Source of the DNA: Yuukianura sp. NJ FZ-2021
Taxonomy: Eukaryota
Reading direction: 5' to 3'
NCBI GenBank assembly: GCA_046563655.1
Contig: CM102283.1
Coordinates: 5,890,001-5,954,000, forward strand
DNA length: 64,000 nt
The position numbers and the translations under genes are program-made. Position 1 is the first letter of the stretch. Each line of letters opens with the position of its first letter. This document shows, piece by piece, positions 60,410-64,000 of this stretch. The notes beneath the pieces are model-generated. The model worked only from the letters and a program-made list of their open reading frames with translations. It made no database searches and was not told the origin of the DNA.

Positions 60410-63400
60410 ATGGAGAGCTGCTATGGTGGTGGATCCATTGCGGCGGCAGTCATCGGCACTTTCTGCTCCACCCTCGTCGCGGTGGCACTCGCTCACTTTG
60501 TCTGGAAACGCAGAAAGGAAAAACGTAAGTCATTTTTCAAAATTTTGAAAAAGTCGGTCGAGCAATTATTTGAAATTATTTTAGGGTTGGGCAAAGAGGC
60601 TTTGAAGCAGAAATTTTTGTAACGTTGCGCATCACTTACTGCGCAGACGTCAGATTTACACATTCCCGAGGTGTAAATTTTCGAGTCAACTTGGATTTTT
60701 TTTTGAGTTTGAGCAAATTTGGGTTGTAAATTGTTTTTGGGTAACCTTGGTCAAATGTACAGTATGACTCAGAAGTACTAATATCAAGCAGAGACTTACA
60801 GCGTACTATTTTGCACCTTAAAAGTAATTGTTTTCTTACACGCATGATCATCTACCATCTGCATGTAAATGTTCAATGTTCCGCTTTTCAGCTAGTGAAG
60901 GGTAGCCGACTTGTGATTTCAAAACTACATTTGTTAAAGTTACTGAAGAATGAAGTTTTTTAAAGTACTAAATGACTTTCGCTTTTTCAAATTTCCTGTA
61001 TAAAATCGTTCTTTTTGTACTTTTTGAGGGCCATACGTAATTTGAGTCTCAGGTTTAACATAAATTAAGTCTAAGTGACTTTGAACAAAATTTTCAATGG
61101 AACCATTAAAGTAACTTTATGTGCGCATTTCTGTGAATTATAAGGTGTTATGTGGAGGTGTCATATCCATGAAATACGTTAAAAACTTGGAGTGCAAACA
61201 GACAAAAAAGTTATTTACTTCCATTTTTGTTGAACAAAAAATGTGGAAAGCATTCCAACAAAAATTGGGTTGGGTTCACACCAATTTTCAAAAAAAAAAT
61301 GCAAAAAAGAAACGAAATTAAGCCAACGAAAGAAAAAAGAATTCAAAAACTGTAGTAGCCGGCGTGGAACCAAAAATCGAGAGTTCATGCTACATGGCGT
61401 GGTGACCATGTCAAGAGCGATGATCAGTGGAGATTGCAAAAATCTCGTCCATTTCTCATTGTTTACGCAAATAGTGCGCAGTTAATAATAAACGATCATC
61501 GCATGCGCATTAGGAAAGTAGGAGTATAATATATATTTCACTTCACATGTCAACATAACCCCAAGGTTGTTCTTTCCAATTGTTTCTTTTTTGACAAATG
61601 CATGTCTCGGTCAACATCGATAATTGAATTTCAACTTACAGAAAAAAGCAAGCCAAAATAAAACATGAAATTCCAACAGTAAAAAAAACAGACAAAAAAG
61701 CAAAGTTAAAACATGAACCTCCAAAAGCAAAAAAGTAAAAAACACAAAAGGACCGCTAATGTTTGTCCTTAGGTCAAGTAATGAAAAAAATTGTTGAATT
61801 TCTGGTTCTATTTCAAAAATTGCTCAAGGCGTCCAAAAATACCTACCGTAAAACTTCTAATAAACTCCGGTCTTTAAAATGCCGGCGGGTAAAAACCGAA
61901 ATTTAAAACGCGCGGGGTGTTATCAAACTTTTCGAAGTACAAAAAACCTAATGTTTATGCTAACTATGTTATTTTTTTTGTTGATAGAAAATCCACTTCG
62001 GGATTTGGTTTTAGTTGAGAATGGAGATGACAAGATGAAGGGCTTTGAGAACCGTGGATTCAAAGATGACTTTCAAGATGAGGCTTGTCAAAATACTAAC
62101 AGTGAGTATCCAGATAAGATGCTAATAAAATTTTATGAAAAAAATAGAAACTTTTATGACGAGATTGTAACAGTTGTTGTAAGCCATTAAGTTCCAATCT
62201 TAAGTACTCCCATTTGGATACATTGTAGGGCAAGGTCTCAAGGCCACCACAGACAAAACGAGATTCGAAACCACCACTCCACGTAAAGGACCTGATCAAG
62301 TGGTAAGAAACTGTTTGAAAAACTTTCCAATTTTCACATTTCTGCATTCCTTCAACTTGTTTTTCGAAAGTAAAAGTTTTAACTGAACAAACAAAATCAG
62401 AAAAGGAACTGTGAATTCAAAATTTGAGGTGAACAAACAAATCAAAACGGTTTCTCACCCTCAATTTTTAATTCTTTGAACTTCTGAACTTTGGATTCAA
62501 AAAATGGAATAAATTCAATTTGAAAAAATGGAATAAATCCAATTTAAAAAAAATGGGATGAATTTAATTTTGGCATTTGGAGCTTTTCTGAATTTTTATT
62601 TGTTTATTTTTCTAGAATGGAGAAAATGGCGAAGGAAGTCGAAAATCTTCTTGGGCTAATTTGGGCTTCCTGTTTAACCATGGAAAAGGCGGAACTGGAT
62701 CATCCGAGAGCCCTCAAGGGCTCAACTACTCAGTGAATCTCAAAGGTCACGATTTTACTGGACTTGGATTTACACTGACTGGAGGGGTCAAACCAGGAGT
62801 GTTCATTAAAGAAGTCATGCAGCGTGGTCCAGCAGCCGAGACCAATCAGATGAGTCCGGGTGATCGAATCCGCTCGATGGCAGTTTCCTTCGATGACATC
62901 GTACTGCCCGATGCAATGGCAATTATGGGACATGCTTCTCCATATTCCATCAAACTTGACTTAACTAGACATGGAGGTCAGGCGGTCAAAAGCACGGGGT
63001 CAGTGACCTCTCCGGAGGTTACAAACAGCAGAGAGCAAGAAATCATAGAAACTCCAGCTGTTGTTTCCGAAGCGTCTCCGGTCGACAGAGCTGCGGCAAT
63101 GCACATTGAAATGGAATCGGTTCAGATGAAGTCTCCGGATATTCTGGACATGCGTCCTTCAGCATTCCCGCGAAATAAGGACAAGAAGCAAATGCAATCT
63201 GCGCAGAAGCTTGACGCTGAACAGCCAACTACTGCCCGTTCTCCGACGCCGAAACTAATTGCATGCGTAGACGTACCGGATTCAGTGTTACATCACATGG
63301 AAGGCCTGACACCAAAAGAAAACACGAAGGTGATCGATGCTGAACCGATGCTTTCTGTGCCAAAAGCGGTTGAGAACGAGCAAAAAATGGCGCCAGAAGT

Positions 63401-64000
63401 TGAAAGTCAAATTTCTTCAGAGTTACCCCTGGTGAGGGGAGTGAGCTCGATGTTATTAACTTCTGAACAAAAGCAACCAATGACGACCAAGGAGAGTCCA
63501 ATTCCAATGTCCAGAAGCAAATCCAAGGAAGAAAAGGACAGGCCGAAGTCGATGCAGGATGACCTTGTTTCCGGTACAAGTTCAGATACAACTTCCAAGA
63601 ATTTGGACAAGGATCGGCCAGCATCGGCAGATTCCGCTTCCTCCAAAGCCAAATTTCACATTCGCTTATTTCACAAAAGCAAGCAATACAGTCTAGATCA
63701 TGAGCCTTCACCACCAAAGTCACCAGGAATGCCAGAAGATGAGTTACTTCCCACAGTACGTAAAATGGAAACGGAAGAATTGGAGGCAAATTTGAATTCT
63801 CAACCTCCCACTCCCGCCAAAACTGAAGATCGGCATCACGAAGACAACTTTGTCACAAAAGGACTCAAAAGTATACGAGACTTAACTGGAAAAATATCTC
63901 AGCGACTGTCAATTCATGACTCACATAGCAGCGATTCCGAGTCAGGCGATTCTCCACATGCTAAAGGACGCAAGAAAAAATCATCGGAGAATAAAACAAG
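60410..64000 (+). CDS. Single-pass membrane protein with a PDZ domain and long low-complexity tail; 3'-partial
   Basis: Exon 60410-~60524 TM + KRRK; exon ~61988-62102; large exon from 62616 with GHDFTGLGFTLTGG..GVFIKEV..GPAA....GDRI....VSFDDIV..DA..IM..ASPY. Confidence 0.75.

Noticed and set aside
61845-61940. TACCGTA-starting Tc1/mariner-like MITE
   Set aside because: The matching right TIR is too degenerate to support a call
63043-63789. Minus-strand ORFs up to 186 aa
   Set aside because: Antisense shadows of the + strand PDZ-gene exon

Overview
AT-rich, intron-containing animal (arthropod) genomic DNA. The gene content suggests a springtail such as Folsomia; this is inference only. Ordinary genes lie at both ends: mRpS14, an ABHD1/2/3-type hydrolase, a promethin-like protein, a ZP-domain protein, an ETS factor, a HES/WRPW bHLH, a GH20 hexosaminidase and a TM-PDZ protein. 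Between them, an accessory block (~14-49 kb) holds three microbial-type, probably horizontally acquired enzymes: a MIO aromatic amino-acid ammonia-lyase with a spliceosomal intron, a GNAT acetyltransferase with an intronless CDS, and a stand-alone ACV-synthetase-like NRPS adenylation-thiolation protein in which Asn replaces the conserved amino-binding Asp. A CYP2-clan P450 is also present. These are interleaved with a tandemly duplicated module of F-box gene (+), NRPS remnant (-) and 7TM chemoreceptor-like gene (-). A very young full-length Ty3/Gypsy element sits in one receptor pseudogene, and there are several MITEs with 8-bp TSDs. All calls come from reading motifs and splice sites by eye; no searches were run.
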